From Anaerolineae bacterium (GTDB lineage Bacteria > Chloroflexota > Anaerolineae > SpSt-313): DNA of 64,000 nt. The notes beneath the pieces were generated by a model. That model ran no database searches, was not told the DNA's origin, and saw only the letters and a list, made by a program, of their open reading frames with translations. Within the stretch, counting starts at the first letter, position 1, and each line of letters begins with the position of its first letter. Made by a program: the position numbers and the translations under genes. Of this stretch, positions 47,510 through 59,140 are shown piece by piece. The stretch is from positions 5,804 to 69,803 of the forward strand of contig DAOUGZ010000024.1 in NCBI GenBank assembly GCA_034428955.1. The letters are read 5' to 3'.

Positions 47510-48733
47510 ATGGCCGAGCCCCGTACCTATCGCCCCTGGCCCCCGGCGTTGATGACCTCCGAGCCGGGTTCCTTTGCCGAGGCGACCATCGTCCGCCGCA
47601 AACCGCAGATCATCCGCGACGTGCTGTGCGACAACGACTATCCCCCCGAGATCGCCCACGCCTTGCGTGCATTGGCGGTCGAGATCGAGAGCCGCGAAAT
47701 CCAGCCGCTGGTCGAGCCGGCGCCGGACCTGGATGAGTGGCAGGCGCAGTGGTGCCCCTACGCCGGGCTCACCTGGCGGCAGGTGCCCTGGTATTTTGCC
47801 GAGGCATTCTTTTATCGGCGCCTGCTGGAGGCGGTGCGCTACTTCCAGCCCGGCCTCTGGCAGGGGCACGACCCCTTTGCCCTTCAGAAGCGACGCCAGA
47901 TCGATGGACCCGCCGGGGCGCTCGAACAGGCGGCCGAGCTGCTCCCCGAGCTGCCGCCGGACCCCGTCGAGGCAGCCCATGCGCTGATCTATGCCTCGCT
48001 TTGGGGCAATCGCGTGGACCTCTCCAACAGCCAGATCCTGGCCGGGGCGGCGCTGCAGGCAGGCCACCCGCACGATGTGCTGATCGACGACAGCCCAGAG
48101 TTGCTGGCCTACCTGACCGGCCAGGGGCCGCACGCCCGCGTCGACTTTATCTGCGACAACGCCGGCCCCGAGGCCGCCTTTGACCTGCTGCTGACCGATG
48201 CCATCCTAGAGCAGGGATGGGCCCGCCGGGTGCGCATGCACCTCAAGCCCTATCCCTTCTTCGTCTCCGACGCCATGCCCAGGGATGTACGCGAACTCAT
48301 CGTCAGGCTGCAGGGAGCGCCGGAGTCGCTGACCCGCGCCGCCGGAGACCGCCTGGCCAGCCGCCTGCAGGCGGGAGCTCTGGAGCTGGTGGACCACCCC
48401 TTCTGGGGCAGTGCCCGCCACTTTGTCGAGATGCCGAGTGAACTGCGCGCCGAGCTGGGGCAGGCCGGTCTCGTGCTCATCAAGGGCGACGCCAACTACC
48501 GGCGCCTCCTCGGAGACCGCCACTGGCCATCTACAGAGCGGCTGGAGGAGATTGCCGGCTACTTCCCCGTGCCCTTTGCCGTGCTGCGCACCCTGAAGGC
48601 GGAGATCATGGTCGGGTTGGAGGAGGGGCAGGCCGAACTCTTGGCGAAGGAAGACGCAGACTGGCTCATCAATGGCCGGCGCGGGATCATCCAATTTGTC
48701 GTGCCCGCCGGGGAAGAGCCGCTGTTCAAATAA
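47510..48733 (+). CDS. DUF89/ARMT1-like damage-control phosphatase family protein.
   Basis: C-terminal ..LIKGDANYRRLLGDR.. signature and overall length (~407 aa). Confidence 0.7.
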   Translation: MAEPRTYRPWPPALMTSEPGSFAEATIVRRKPQIIRDVLCDNDYPPEIAHALRALAVEIESREIQPLVEPAPDLDEWQAQWCPYAGLTWRQVPWYFAEAFFYRRLLEAVRYFQPGLWQGHDPFALQKRRQIDGPAGALEQAAELLPELPPDPVEAAHALIYASLWGNRVDLSNSQILAGAALQAGHPHDVLIDDSPELLAYLTGQGPHARVDFICDNAGPEAAFDLLLTDAILEQGWARRVRMHLKPYPFFVSDAMPRDVRELIVRLQGAPESLTRAAGDRLASRLQAGALELVDHPFWGSARHFVEMPSELRAELGQAGLVLIKGDANYRRLLGDRHWPSTERLEEIAGYFPVPFAVLRTLKAEIMVGLEEGQAELLAKEDADWLINGRRGIIQFVVPAGEEPLFK

Positions 48734-48840
48734 CCGCCTCAGGGGGCGCATAAACTGCAAACGGCCAAAGCCGTCACTACGTGGGAGGGAGTTGCCTCAG
48801 TCCATGTAGTGACCGCTTCAGCGGTTCCCGCCCCAGGGGT

Positions 48841-49218
48841 CTACCTGGTGGGTGGAGCATCTCCCTCTTCCGCTGAGAGGAGCCGGCCGACGACCTCTTC
48901 GAGGGTATCCAGGTCAAAGGGCTTGGGCAAGAGTAGCGTGCCGGGGCAGTCACCCGCAGACAGCCTGCCGGCCGTCATGAGGATGACAGGAATTGATGCC
49001 GTATCGGGGGAGGCGTGGAGCTGCTGGCAGAGTTCCAGGCCGTTCATGATCGGCATCATGATATCGGTCAGCACCAGATCCGGGTGCTCGCGGCGGGTTA
49101 CATCCAGGGCCGCGCGGCCGTCATAGGCACGAAGCACGCGATAGCCGATGTCTTCCAGCAAAGAGCCGACAAACTCGACCACCGCTTCCTCGTCATCGAC
49201 CACGAGAACAGTCTTCAC
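48841..49218 (-). CDS. Single-domain response regulator (CheY-like receiver).
   Basis: VLVVDDE.. D-box; ..LVLTDIMMP..; conserved Lys (LPKP). Confidence 0.8.
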   Translation of the reverse strand: MKTVLVVDDEEAVVEFVGSLLEDIGYRVLRAYDGRAALDVTRREHPDLVLTDIMMPIMNGLELCQQLHASPDTASIPVILMTAGRLSAGDCPGTLLLPKPFDLDTLEEVVGRLLSAEEGDAPPTR

Positions 49219-49590
49219 GACGGCTCCTTACACAGGCCTCAGGCGAGCCCAGGTGCGCCACCACGCTTCAGGAGTGCCGGGGTCACACAGGTCCGAGCAG
49301 ATCCTCCGGCGCCGCAAGCGGCGCGTCTTGACTGTCCGCATCTCTGTGCAGCACGGCTGGGCATGGCCCGTCGGCCCGACCGTGCTCGGACGCCACAGCC
49401 CGGCCTGCACCGGCAATGCACTGCATCTGGCCAATCCTAGCAAATCCTAGGCCAGCGCGACGAGGCCGATCAACACCAGTTCCGTCTGTCCACATCGGAG
49501 TCGCTCAATAGCGCGCAACTCCCTCATTCGAGGCGCCGTCGCACGTCTGAGTCGGCCGGTGATGCATGGTGTGGCTCTTGTAAAGCCAAG

Positions 49591-49623
49591 AAGGCGGGGG
49601 AAGGAAAACTCCCCCCGCCTTCC
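49591..49623 (-). terminator. Intrinsic terminator-like hairpin downstream of dnaK (ggcggggg..ccccccgcc).
   Basis: aaggcgggggaaggaaaactccccccgccttcc, 15 nt after the dnaK stop. Confidence 0.65.
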
Positions 49624-49637
49624 TCAGGCAGATGTCA

Positions 49638-51545
<1,908 letters not shown>

Positions 51546-51688
51546 GGGTTGAGCCTCCTAGATAATGAAACGTCAAACGTCATGCGTCAAACGTGATATA
51601 CGCTGCGTACTGCGTGATGCGTGCTGCGTAAGGTAGCCTGCAGCGGCAAACGCCGCAACGAGAGAGGTTACGCAGTACATAGTACGCA

Positions 51689-52300
51689 TCACGTATCAGC
51701 CCCGGCTTGCTCTTCTTCAGTTCCTCCGGTTGCCTCGTCCGTTACGGTGGGCGTCACAGCGACCTTGACCATCGCCGGCCGCAGGATGCGCCCGTGATAC
51801 TCGTAGCCACACTGCAGGTCGGCGACGACCTGCCCATCGGGGTAGGCGGTCGTCTCCTCGCGCAGCACCGCGTGGTGCCGTTCGGGGTCGAACATCTGGC
51901 CGGTCGCCTCAAAGCGCTTGAGCCCCGCTTGCTCGAGGGTTTGCTCGAACTTGCGTCGGATGAGCAGGATGCCCTCAACCCAGCTCAACTGGCTGAGGTC
52001 GGCCGGCAGGGTGGCCATCGCCCGGTCCAGATCGTCGAGGACGGGCAGCAACTGAGTCAGTAGCAGGCTGTTGGCGAAACGGGTAGACTCCTCGCGCTCG
52101 CGCTCGGTGCGCTTGCGATAGTTGGAGAACTCGGCCGCCGTACGGCGCCATTGATCCAGATACTCTTCTGCCTGACCCTTGGCCTTTTCCAACTCCGCTG
52201 CCAGGTCCTCCTGGGCCGGCTGCACGGACTCGGCCTCCGGCGCTCCATCCGGGGTCGTGGGCTGTGCGGACTCTGTGCCCCTCTCGTTCTCATCAACCAT
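51689..52300 (-). CDS. grpE: Nucleotide-exchange factor GrpE.
   Basis: GrpE C-terminal domain signature; position between hrcA and dnaK. Confidence 0.9.
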   Translation of the reverse strand: MVDENERGTESAQPTTPDGAPEAESVQPAQEDLAAELEKAKGQAEEYLDQWRRTAAEFSNYRKRTEREREESTRFANSLLLTQLLPVLDDLDRAMATLPADLSQLSWVEGILLIRRKFEQTLEQAGLKRFEATGQMFDPERHHAVLREETTAYPDGQVVADLQCGYEYHGRILRPAMVKVAVTPTVTDEATGGTEEEQAGADT

Positions 52301-52340
52301 GATTGGCGTTCCACCTCCATCACAGCGAGCTGCAATCTCA

Positions 52341-53375
52341 TCAATACCCGTGCATCTGCTCGACCAGGTTGCTCAGCAGGCGCGCCACAAAACGCACTGC
52401 CGAGATGGCCCGGCCGTAGGGCATGCGCGTGGGGCCAAGAACCCCCACCACGCCGTTAGCCTCACCCCGCACCCCATAGGGTGACAAGACAAGGCTATAG
52501 TCTTCCATATCTCCCCAGCGCCCCTCTCCGCCGATGATGACCTGCACGCCGTTCGCCCACAGAACGTCGGCGATGATAGCCTCCAGCAGGCTGCGCCGTT
52601 CCAGCAGCTCCACCACTTGGCGGAACTTGTCCACCTCGGCAAACTCGGGCTGGCGCAACACCTGCAGCAGCCCGTCGCGGTGGATATCACTCTCCATCCG
52701 CCGGTCCATCTGCTGCATCTGGCTGACGATACATTCCAGGACGTGCCGCTCCAGCCCCGAAAGGTTGGCGTGGGCCAGGGGGCCGGTGCGAATCTCGCTG
52801 GTGTTGGCCGTGCCCAGGAGCGCGTTCAGGCGGTTCGTCGCCTGAGTCAGCTCCTCTTCGCTCGTCGCCGCCGGCAGCGGCATCACCTGTTGGCGGATGC
52901 TGCCGTCATGGCAGATGAGGATGAGCAAAGCAGTGACCTCGCTGAGCGAGATCAGTTCGACATGCCGGAAACGAGTCTGAGGGGCGCGAGGCGCCGTGAC
53001 TAGAGAGGCGCTGCTCGCCGCCTGCGCCAGCACAGCCGCCGCCAACTTCATCCACTGCCCCAGGTCCAACTGAACCTGGTGGAACTGGTGGCTGATCATG
53101 CGCTGCTCACTGGGGGGCAACTCGGTATCCCGCATCAGCCGGTGCACAAAGTAGCGATACCCCTTGTCGGTCGGCATGCGGCCGGCCGAGGCATGGGTCT
53201 GCATGAGGTATCCCTCGCGCTCCAGGAAGGCAAACTCGGAGCGCACCGTGGCCGGGCTGACGTCCAGGCCGTAGCGTTGCACAATGGCCTTGGAGCCAAC
53301 CGGCACGGCCAGCGCAATATACTCACGCACGACGATACCGAGGATTTCCTCTTGCCGGCGGGTCAGTTGCTCCAT
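52341..53375 (-). CDS. hrcA: Heat-inducible transcription repressor HrcA.
   Basis: N-terminal winged-helix (..LTRRQEEILGIVVREY..VGSKAI..); length 344 aa; CIRCE operator upstream. Confidence 0.9.
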   Translation of the reverse strand: MEQLTRRQEEILGIVVREYIALAVPVGSKAIVQRYGLDVSPATVRSEFAFLEREGYLMQTHASAGRMPTDKGYRYFVHRLMRDTELPPSEQRMISHQFHQVQLDLGQWMKLAAAVLAQAASSASLVTAPRAPQTRFRHVELISLSEVTALLILICHDGSIRQQVMPLPAATSEEELTQATNRLNALLGTANTSEIRTGPLAHANLSGLERHVLECIVSQMQQMDRRMESDIHRDGLLQVLRQPEFAEVDKFRQVVELLERRSLLEAIIADVLWANGVQVIIGGEGRWGDMEDYSLVLSPYGVRGEANGVVGVLGPTRMPYGRAISAVRFVARLLSNLVEQMHGY

Positions 53376-53458
53376 ATCGGAGTCCCCTCTAGTATCGGAC
53401 AGATTGGGCGCTCAGCCCAGCCCCTGCATAGGGCAGGCTGCCAGATGCAGAAGCAGGC

Positions 53459-53485
53459 TTAGCACTCGCCAGTCGCGAGTGCTAG
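53459..53485. promoter_or_regulatory. CIRCE operator (TTAGCACTC-N9-GAGTGCTAG).
   Basis: Near-perfect match to the CIRCE consensus. Lies immediately downstream of a TTGACA - 16 - TATCAT promoter (minus strand, 53488-53515) driving hrcA-grpE-dnaK. Confidence 0.85.
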
Positions 53486-53487
53486 TA

Positions 53488-53515
53488 TGATAGCACGAAG
53501 AGCGCCAACTGTCAA
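53488..53515 (-). promoter_or_regulatory. hrcA promoter (-35 TTGACA at 53510-53515, -10 TATCAT at 53488-53493, minus strand).
   Basis: Seen directly in the sequence; canonical spacing, abutting CIRCE. Confidence 0.55.
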
Positions 53516-53575
53516 GGGGTATGGCGCAAACATTAGCAGGTATATCGGAGGAAACTTGATAAGAGCATTATCAAG

Positions 53576-54766
53576 TTAGGAAGGCAGCAAGCGCCGAGGC
53601 AGGACCCCATTGCCCTGTACGTCGGCGGCATCGTGAAAGGCCGCGAGTTCACTCAGGGCTGTGGAGAATGCCGACTGGAAGGCCGCATCCTCGTACAGCG
53701 ACTCGTCGGCCAGGTGGATGCCCTGTACGATCAAGCGCCGGCGCGACCAGCTCATCTGCGGCTCAATGCGCCCCACCAGCGTATCGCCATAGAGGATGGC
53801 CAGCGCGTGGGCCGAGAACTGCCGGCGCAGCGCGGCCGCGCGCGATGCAGGCTGGCGCCAATCGTAGGCAAAAAAGTCCCGAGCGCGCTGGCTGTCCCAA
53901 ACGACCGGGTCGAGGGGCGAGAGAAAGAAAACGTGCGGCGCAGACGGCCCAGGCTGCGCGCCAAGCGGCAGCCAATCAGCCGGCAACAGGTAGGTCTCGA
54001 AAGGGTCCTCGACCCGCACCTGGATCACCTTGCCCTCCGCCAAGAGCTCGTCCATCACCCGGTTCTTTTCGCGTTTCATCGCCGCCAGGCCCAGGCGCGC
54101 GCGCGAGCCGATCCCATTCAGGACCTGGCTCCAACTGGTTCGGGTCATCGGCGCCAGGATGCACAGAGCGCGCCAGGCCAGTGTGTGCAGGCGCTCGTGG
54201 AGCGGCAGGGAATGGCGCTGACAATCCGGCAGAACGCGCTCCGCCAGGTCATAGACCTCCTGGCCGATCTCGCGATCATCGACCAGGATAGCTCCGCTGC
54301 TGTGGAGATCGTGGATGGCGCGCCCGATGGCCCGCCGGTCGGTCTTGCCCTGGCCGCGCAGAAAGAACTGTAGGTCGCGCAGAGTAGCCGCGCCCTCGTC
54401 CTCGAGGTAACCCAGCACCAGGTCCCCCAGAGACCCCGGGCGTGATGCAGCCTGGATGCGCTCGGGGTCATAGATCAGCACATAGTCCTCAGCCGGCAGC
54501 ACCCCAGGCAGATGCAGGCAATGCTCGAACAGGCGCCCGCGCTCGTAGAGAGCGGTTTCCAGGCCGCCGATGCGGTAGGCCTGGACGCGGCCAAAGAGGG
54601 CGATATCGTGGCTGGGCGCCAGGGCGTGGGTGCGCAGCTCCAGGGGCAGGAACCCCTGGCGGCTGACCCAGGTGACGGCGCCATCCATCCCTCTCAGGCG
54701 CCGCTCTCCCAAGAGTCCTTGCCGGCGCAGCAACAGGCGCCTCAGCTCTTTGCGCGTGGTGAGCAT
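53576..54766 (-). CDS. Winged-helix DNA-binding protein of the AlkZ/YcaQ-like (HTH_42/DUF1006) family; putative DNA glycosylase.
   Basis: N-terminal MLTTRKELRRLLLRRQGLLG.. typical of the family. ORF extends to 54856; ATG 54766 preferred. Confidence 0.6.
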   Translation of the reverse strand: MLTTRKELRRLLLRRQGLLGERRLRGMDGAVTWVSRQGFLPLELRTHALAPSHDIALFGRVQAYRIGGLETALYERGRLFEHCLHLPGVLPAEDYVLIYDPERIQAASRPGSLGDLVLGYLEDEGAATLRDLQFFLRGQGKTDRRAIGRAIHDLHSSGAILVDDREIGQEVYDLAERVLPDCQRHSLPLHERLHTLAWRALCILAPMTRTSWSQVLNGIGSRARLGLAAMKREKNRVMDELLAEGKVIQVRVEDPFETYLLPADWLPLGAQPGPSAPHVFFLSPLDPVVWDSQRARDFFAYDWRQPASRAAALRRQFSAHALAILYGDTLVGRIEPQMSWSRRRLIVQGIHLADESLYEDAAFQSAFSTALSELAAFHDAADVQGNGVLPRRLLPS

Positions 54767-54982
54767 TCGATCCTCCTTGACGCACTCTGGTGACTGTGCT
54801 ATCTTCACCGCCAATGGGCAACGGTCACCACGACACCCCCGGCTGGCTGAACGCATGGATGGCGCCGGCCCGCGGCGGGCCTCCAGGTCAGGGCTGGGTA
54901 CTGGTCAGCCCCGCATCCCTGGTTGTTCGGTTGGCGGCGGCCAGCAGAATCTATGCAAGCCACTACTACTCAGGAGTATGCT

Positions 54983-56413
54983 ATGGCCCGTTATGAAGAT
55001 GCCGACTGGCGCGACTCGATGCGTATCCGCTACGACTATACGAACATGCTGGCTGATGTAGTGGGCGAGAAGCGTGGCGCCTCTGAGAACGATGTGAACC
55101 AGATGAGCTTTCGCCTCGCAGCCGCCCTCGACGTGCTGCGCATGCGCCGTGGCCCCAAAGACCTCGCCTGGACGGACCTGCCCTACCAGGAGGACATGGT
55201 CCTCGACATCCTCTCCTACGCGCGCGAGGTCGAAGGCGTCTACGACGACATCCTCGTCCTCGGCATCGGCGGATCGGCCCTGGGCGTGACAGCCCTCAAG
55301 ACGGCGCTCCTGCCGTTCTATTCCGATATAATGTCGCCCGAAGAGCGCCGACACCCCCGTTTGACCGTGCTCGATAACGTCGACCCCGACTGGGTCATGG
55401 CCGCCCTGCAGCGGTTGGACCCCGAACGCACGCTCTGCCTCGTCATCAGCAAGTCGGGCAGTACGACGGAGACGATGGCCCAATTCCTCATTGCCCGCAC
55501 TTGGCTCAGAGAGCGCCTGGGCGACGGCGCCGCCTGCCACATCGTGGCCATTACGGATCCGGAAAAGGGTCCCTTGCACGACATCGCCGAGCGTGAGGGC
55601 TATCGCACCTTCCCGATACCCCGGGGGGTCGGCGGGCGCTATTCCGTCCTTTCGCCGGTGGGGCTCGTCCCTGCGGCCCTGGTGGGCATCGACATCCAGG
55701 AACTGCTGGCCGGCGCCGCCTATTGCGACAAGCTCTGCAGCGTGAAGGACCTGTACAAGAACCCGGCCGGCATGAGTGCTGCCCTGCAACGCCTGGCCTA
55801 CGACCGGGGCCAGCGCATCTCGGTCATGATGCCCTACAGTCAGCGCCTGCGAGACATCGCCGACTGGTTCCGGCAGCTCTGGGCCGAAAGTCTGGGCAAG
55901 AAGATGAACACCCTGGGCCGCCGCGTGCACCTGGGGCCGACGCCCGTCCTGGCCCTGGGCACGACCGACCAGCACTCGCAGATTCAGCTCTATGTCGAGG
56001 GCCCGCCGGACAAGGTCATTAACTTTGTCGCTGTTGAGCGCTTTGCCGAGGAAGGCCCAATCCCCGCGACCGGCGAGGAAGATGGCGAGATCGCCTTCCT
56101 GGGCGGGCACACCCTGGCCGAACTGATCAATGTGGAGCGCGAGGCGACCATGGCCGCGCTCACCGAGGCCGGCCGCCCGAATTGCACCCACTTTCTCCCG
56201 GAGGTCAACGCTTTCACCGTCGGCCAGTTCCTGTACATGCTGGAGATGCAAACGGCCATCGCTGCCCTCTTCTTTGCCGTCAATGCCTTCGACCAGCCCG
56301 GCGTAGAGGCGGGCAAGGTGGCAACCTATGCCCTGCTCGGCCGGCCCGGCTATGAGGAGCGGGCAATCGAGATGCGCTCGGCCCAGGCCGCGCGGCCGCG
56401 CCACGTTATCTAG
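54983..56413 (+). CDS. pgi: Glucose-6-phosphate isomerase.
   Basis: ATG 54983 after AGGAG; ISKSGSTTET signature. Confidence 0.9.
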   Translation: MARYEDADWRDSMRIRYDYTNMLADVVGEKRGASENDVNQMSFRLAAALDVLRMRRGPKDLAWTDLPYQEDMVLDILSYAREVEGVYDDILVLGIGGSALGVTALKTALLPFYSDIMSPEERRHPRLTVLDNVDPDWVMAALQRLDPERTLCLVISKSGSTTETMAQFLIARTWLRERLGDGAACHIVAITDPEKGPLHDIAEREGYRTFPIPRGVGGRYSVLSPVGLVPAALVGIDIQELLAGAAYCDKLCSVKDLYKNPAGMSAALQRLAYDRGQRISVMMPYSQRLRDIADWFRQLWAESLGKKMNTLGRRVHLGPTPVLALGTTDQHSQIQLYVEGPPDKVINFVAVERFAEEGPIPATGEEDGEIAFLGGHTLAELINVEREATMAALTEAGRPNCTHFLPEVNAFTVGQFLYMLEMQTAIAALFFAVNAFDQPGVEAGKVATYALLGRPGYEERAIEMRSAQAARPRHVI

Positions 56414-56415
56414 TA

Positions 56416-56468
56416 ATAGAGATTCTGATGGATGCGAACCGCCCCATGCGACGCCATGTTACTCATCA
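56416..56468 (+). repeat. Dispersed ~50-nt intergenic element, copy 2 (tagagattctgatggatgcgaaccgccccatgcgacgccatgttactcatca).
   Basis: ~85% identical to 2053-2103; begins 3 nt after the pgi stop. Confidence 0.7.
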
Positions 56469-56660
56469 AGACTGGTGCAGCGCAACAATAGTCGTGTTCC
56501 ACGGACCCTGACGCGCTTGGCCCGTCAGGCATGTGACGCAACACCAGACCATACTGCTTGCATCAGATCACTATCGTTTTTCCGTCAGTAGCCAGGGATT
56601 CGGATTTCCTGTATAATGGCAGCAGCAGGTTGAACCCATGGAAAAACGAGGTCTAACCGT

Positions 56661-58022
56661 ATGGCGGAGTCTCACGACGCTCGGTGCATGTCGTCCGCTC
56701 CTCAGGCGGATGCACTGAGCGCCGACGCTCTGTACAAACAGGGCATGGCCCATTACCGCCGTCGTCAGTGGCGCCAGGCCTGGGCAAGTTTCCAGGGGCT
56801 GAAGCAGGCGGACCCGAGTTGTCGAGAGATCGATACACTGCTCGACGAACTGGATATTTTTATCCGTCTGGAATCGCTCACTTCTACGCCTTCCCCCGAC
56901 GAGGCTTGTGAGCCTGTCGCGTCGTCACCCTCGCCCTCATCTCATCTACAAACGCTTGTGGGGCCCGCACTGGCCAGGCCCATCTGGCGCCCACTGGCCG
57001 TTGCCGGCATCTTGCTATTGGCCTGCCTGATATACGGTGCGGCGAACCCGCATCTCGTCCAGCGTATGGCGGATCTGCGCGCGCGCGCGCAGGCCCACCA
57101 GGCGGCCGGGCAGTGGAATGAAGCCATCAACACCTACGAGCGGCTGCTTCTCTTCGCCCCGAGCGATTGGCAGGTCCGCAAGGCGCTCTCGGCAAGCTAT
57201 GACGAGCGAGGCCAGCAGCGCGCAGCGCAAGCTGAAGCCCTGGAGGAGCGTGCCCAATACCGCGAGGCCGCGCAGCAATGGGAGATGGCCCTAGCCGATT
57301 TCGAGGCGGCACGCGACGTTGCTCGCTCCGAGAGCGGTCCGGCGCCCCAAATCACCCTGGCCCAACAGCGCCGCCACGCGGCTGGCCTGATGGACGGGGC
57401 TATCAGATTGGCCGAAAAGGGGCGCTGGATAGAAGCTATCCAAACCTTGCAGACGCTGAGCGCCGAGCAGCCCGGCTACCGCACGGCCGAGGTGCAGGCC
57501 CACCTGAGCTACGCCTGCCTGCAGGCCGGCAACGCTCGCATCACCTCCGCCACTAGCCCCAGCGGGGTGCGCGAGGGCATCCGCCTGATCGAGCAAGCCC
57601 GCGCTGCCCAGCCGGAGAGCGCCGCGGCCCGTATTGTCCTGGCCCAGGCGCGCATCTATCTGTGGGCACTGGCCGGCATCGAGAGCGAACAATGGAATCT
57701 GGCCGTCTGCACGCTGCAGGGCCTGCTGCGGGCCAACCCAGGCTATGCTGGGGGGCGAGCGAGTGACCTCCTCTGCCAGGCACTCATGCAGCGCGCCGCC
57801 GCTCGCTATCAGGCGGGCGACCTGCGCCTGGCGCTGGACGACTATGAGGTCGTGGCCAACAGCGGCTGCGCCCAGCAGCCCGAAGCCGCACGAATAGCGG
57901 GCAATATCGCCATGGCCCTCACCCCGACCGCTACGCCCACCACCCGGCCGACGCCAACGGCGATGCCGACGCTCTCGCCGACCCCGGCTCTCATGGTCAC
58001 GCCCACGCCCGCACAGCCCTAG
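56661..58022 (+). CDS. Membrane-anchored TPR-repeat protein with C-terminal Pro/Thr-rich tail.
   Basis: TM segment (LAVAGILLLACLIYGAA); multiple TPR-like helical repeats. Confidence 0.65.
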   Translation: MAESHDARCMSSAPQADALSADALYKQGMAHYRRRQWRQAWASFQGLKQADPSCREIDTLLDELDIFIRLESLTSTPSPDEACEPVASSPSPSSHLQTLVGPALARPIWRPLAVAGILLLACLIYGAANPHLVQRMADLRARAQAHQAAGQWNEAINTYERLLLFAPSDWQVRKALSASYDERGQQRAAQAEALEERAQYREAAQQWEMALADFEAARDVARSESGPAPQITLAQQRRHAAGLMDGAIRLAEKGRWIEAIQTLQTLSAEQPGYRTAEVQAHLSYACLQAGNARITSATSPSGVREGIRLIEQARAAQPESAAARIVLAQARIYLWALAGIESEQWNLAVCTLQGLLRANPGYAGGRASDLLCQALMQRAAARYQAGDLRLALDDYEVVANSGCAQQPEAARIAGNIAMALTPTATPTTRPTPTAMPTLSPTPALMVTPTPAQP

Positions 58023-58040
58023 AGCCTATCGGAAAGAATT

Positions 58041-59132
58041 GTGAAGAGCACCGTATTGCGATGGGGAAGGCGCCTGTATCACGCCCTCCGCGCCAGGCAG
58101 AACACCCGCTGGGCGCAGGCCGGCTGGCTGCTGGTGGGCTTTGGCCTGCCGCTCCTAGCCTTTCCCCTGGCCCGCCGTGCCCCCCAAGGCGGCTATTGGG
58201 AACCGGTCAGCGCGTTGGCCGCGCCGGCGAGCGTGCACCTGGTAGCCTCAGGCGCTGCGGAAGGGCAAACGGTCCTCTATGTGGCCGTTGAGGATTGGGG
58301 CATCTTTCGCTCTGAAGACGGTGGCAGAAACTGGGCTGCGGCCAATCGCCTGCCACGCGATGAACAGGGCAGGCTGCATATCGAGGCCATAGCCGTCTCG
58401 CCGCAAGACCCGCAGGTCGCCCTGGCCATGGTCGACAATGAGGCCGTCGCCGGTTGGGCACCAATATACAAAACGGCGGACGGCGGGCGCACCTGGATCG
58501 CGCGGCGTGGCTTGCTCCCCCTCAACCTAGAGGCTATCGCCATCGGCCCAGCCGGAACCGCCTACGCCGCCCACGGCTGGCGCATCTACCGCAGCCCCAA
58601 CGAGGGCGATACCTGGCTCCAGGCGGGCCGGCGCCCTCCGGCCGGGCGCGCCTTGGCCATCGCCGAGGACGGTGTGACGGGCGCTCTCTATGTGGGCACC
58701 GAGGATCAGGGTCTGTGGGCCACGATGGATAACGGGATGAGTTGGTATCCCTCTCTCCCCCATCGCTCCGTGTATGCCATCGCCGCCTCCGACAGCGGCT
58801 GGGTCTACGCCGGCACCCAGGATGGGCTCTACTGCAGCACAGACCACGGCGCTTCCTGGCGCGCACTGGGACCTCTGGGCATGGACGGCCACCCAGACGC
58901 GCTAGCCGTCCGCTCCGGGTCGCCGGACAGTCTCTTCGTCAGCCTGGAGGGCCGGGCGATCCTTCACTCTCCGGATGGTGGCGCCAACTGGCAGGCCCTG
59001 CCGCCGGTACCTGTCGGGGTCGAGGTCACCGCGCTGGCCGCCGACCCGCTCTCGCCCGAGCAACTCTACGTGGGTACCACCCGCGGGCTCTGGCGTTGCC
59101 GCCTGCAGCCCCCGTCCGCCGGGGGAGGGTAG
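58041..59132 (+). CDS. BNR/Asp-box repeat beta-propeller protein (Ycf48/sialidase-like), N-terminal TM/signal.
   Basis: Six S-x-D-x-G-x-(T/S)-W Asp-box repeats (SEDGGRNW, TADGGRTW, SPNEGDTW, TMDNGMSW, STDHGASW, SPDGGANW). Confidence 0.7.
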   Translation: MKSTVLRWGRRLYHALRARQNTRWAQAGWLLVGFGLPLLAFPLARRAPQGGYWEPVSALAAPASVHLVASGAAEGQTVLYVAVEDWGIFRSEDGGRNWAAANRLPRDEQGRLHIEAIAVSPQDPQVALAMVDNEAVAGWAPIYKTADGGRTWIARRGLLPLNLEAIAIGPAGTAYAAHGWRIYRSPNEGDTWLQAGRRPPAGRALAIAEDGVTGALYVGTEDQGLWATMDNGMSWYPSLPHRSVYAIAASDSGWVYAGTQDGLYCSTDHGASWRALGPLGMDGHPDALAVRSGSPDSLFVSLEGRAILHSPDGGANWQALPPVPVGVEVTALAADPLSPEQLYVGTTRGLWRCRLQPPSAGGG

Positions 59133-59140
59133 AGGTCACT

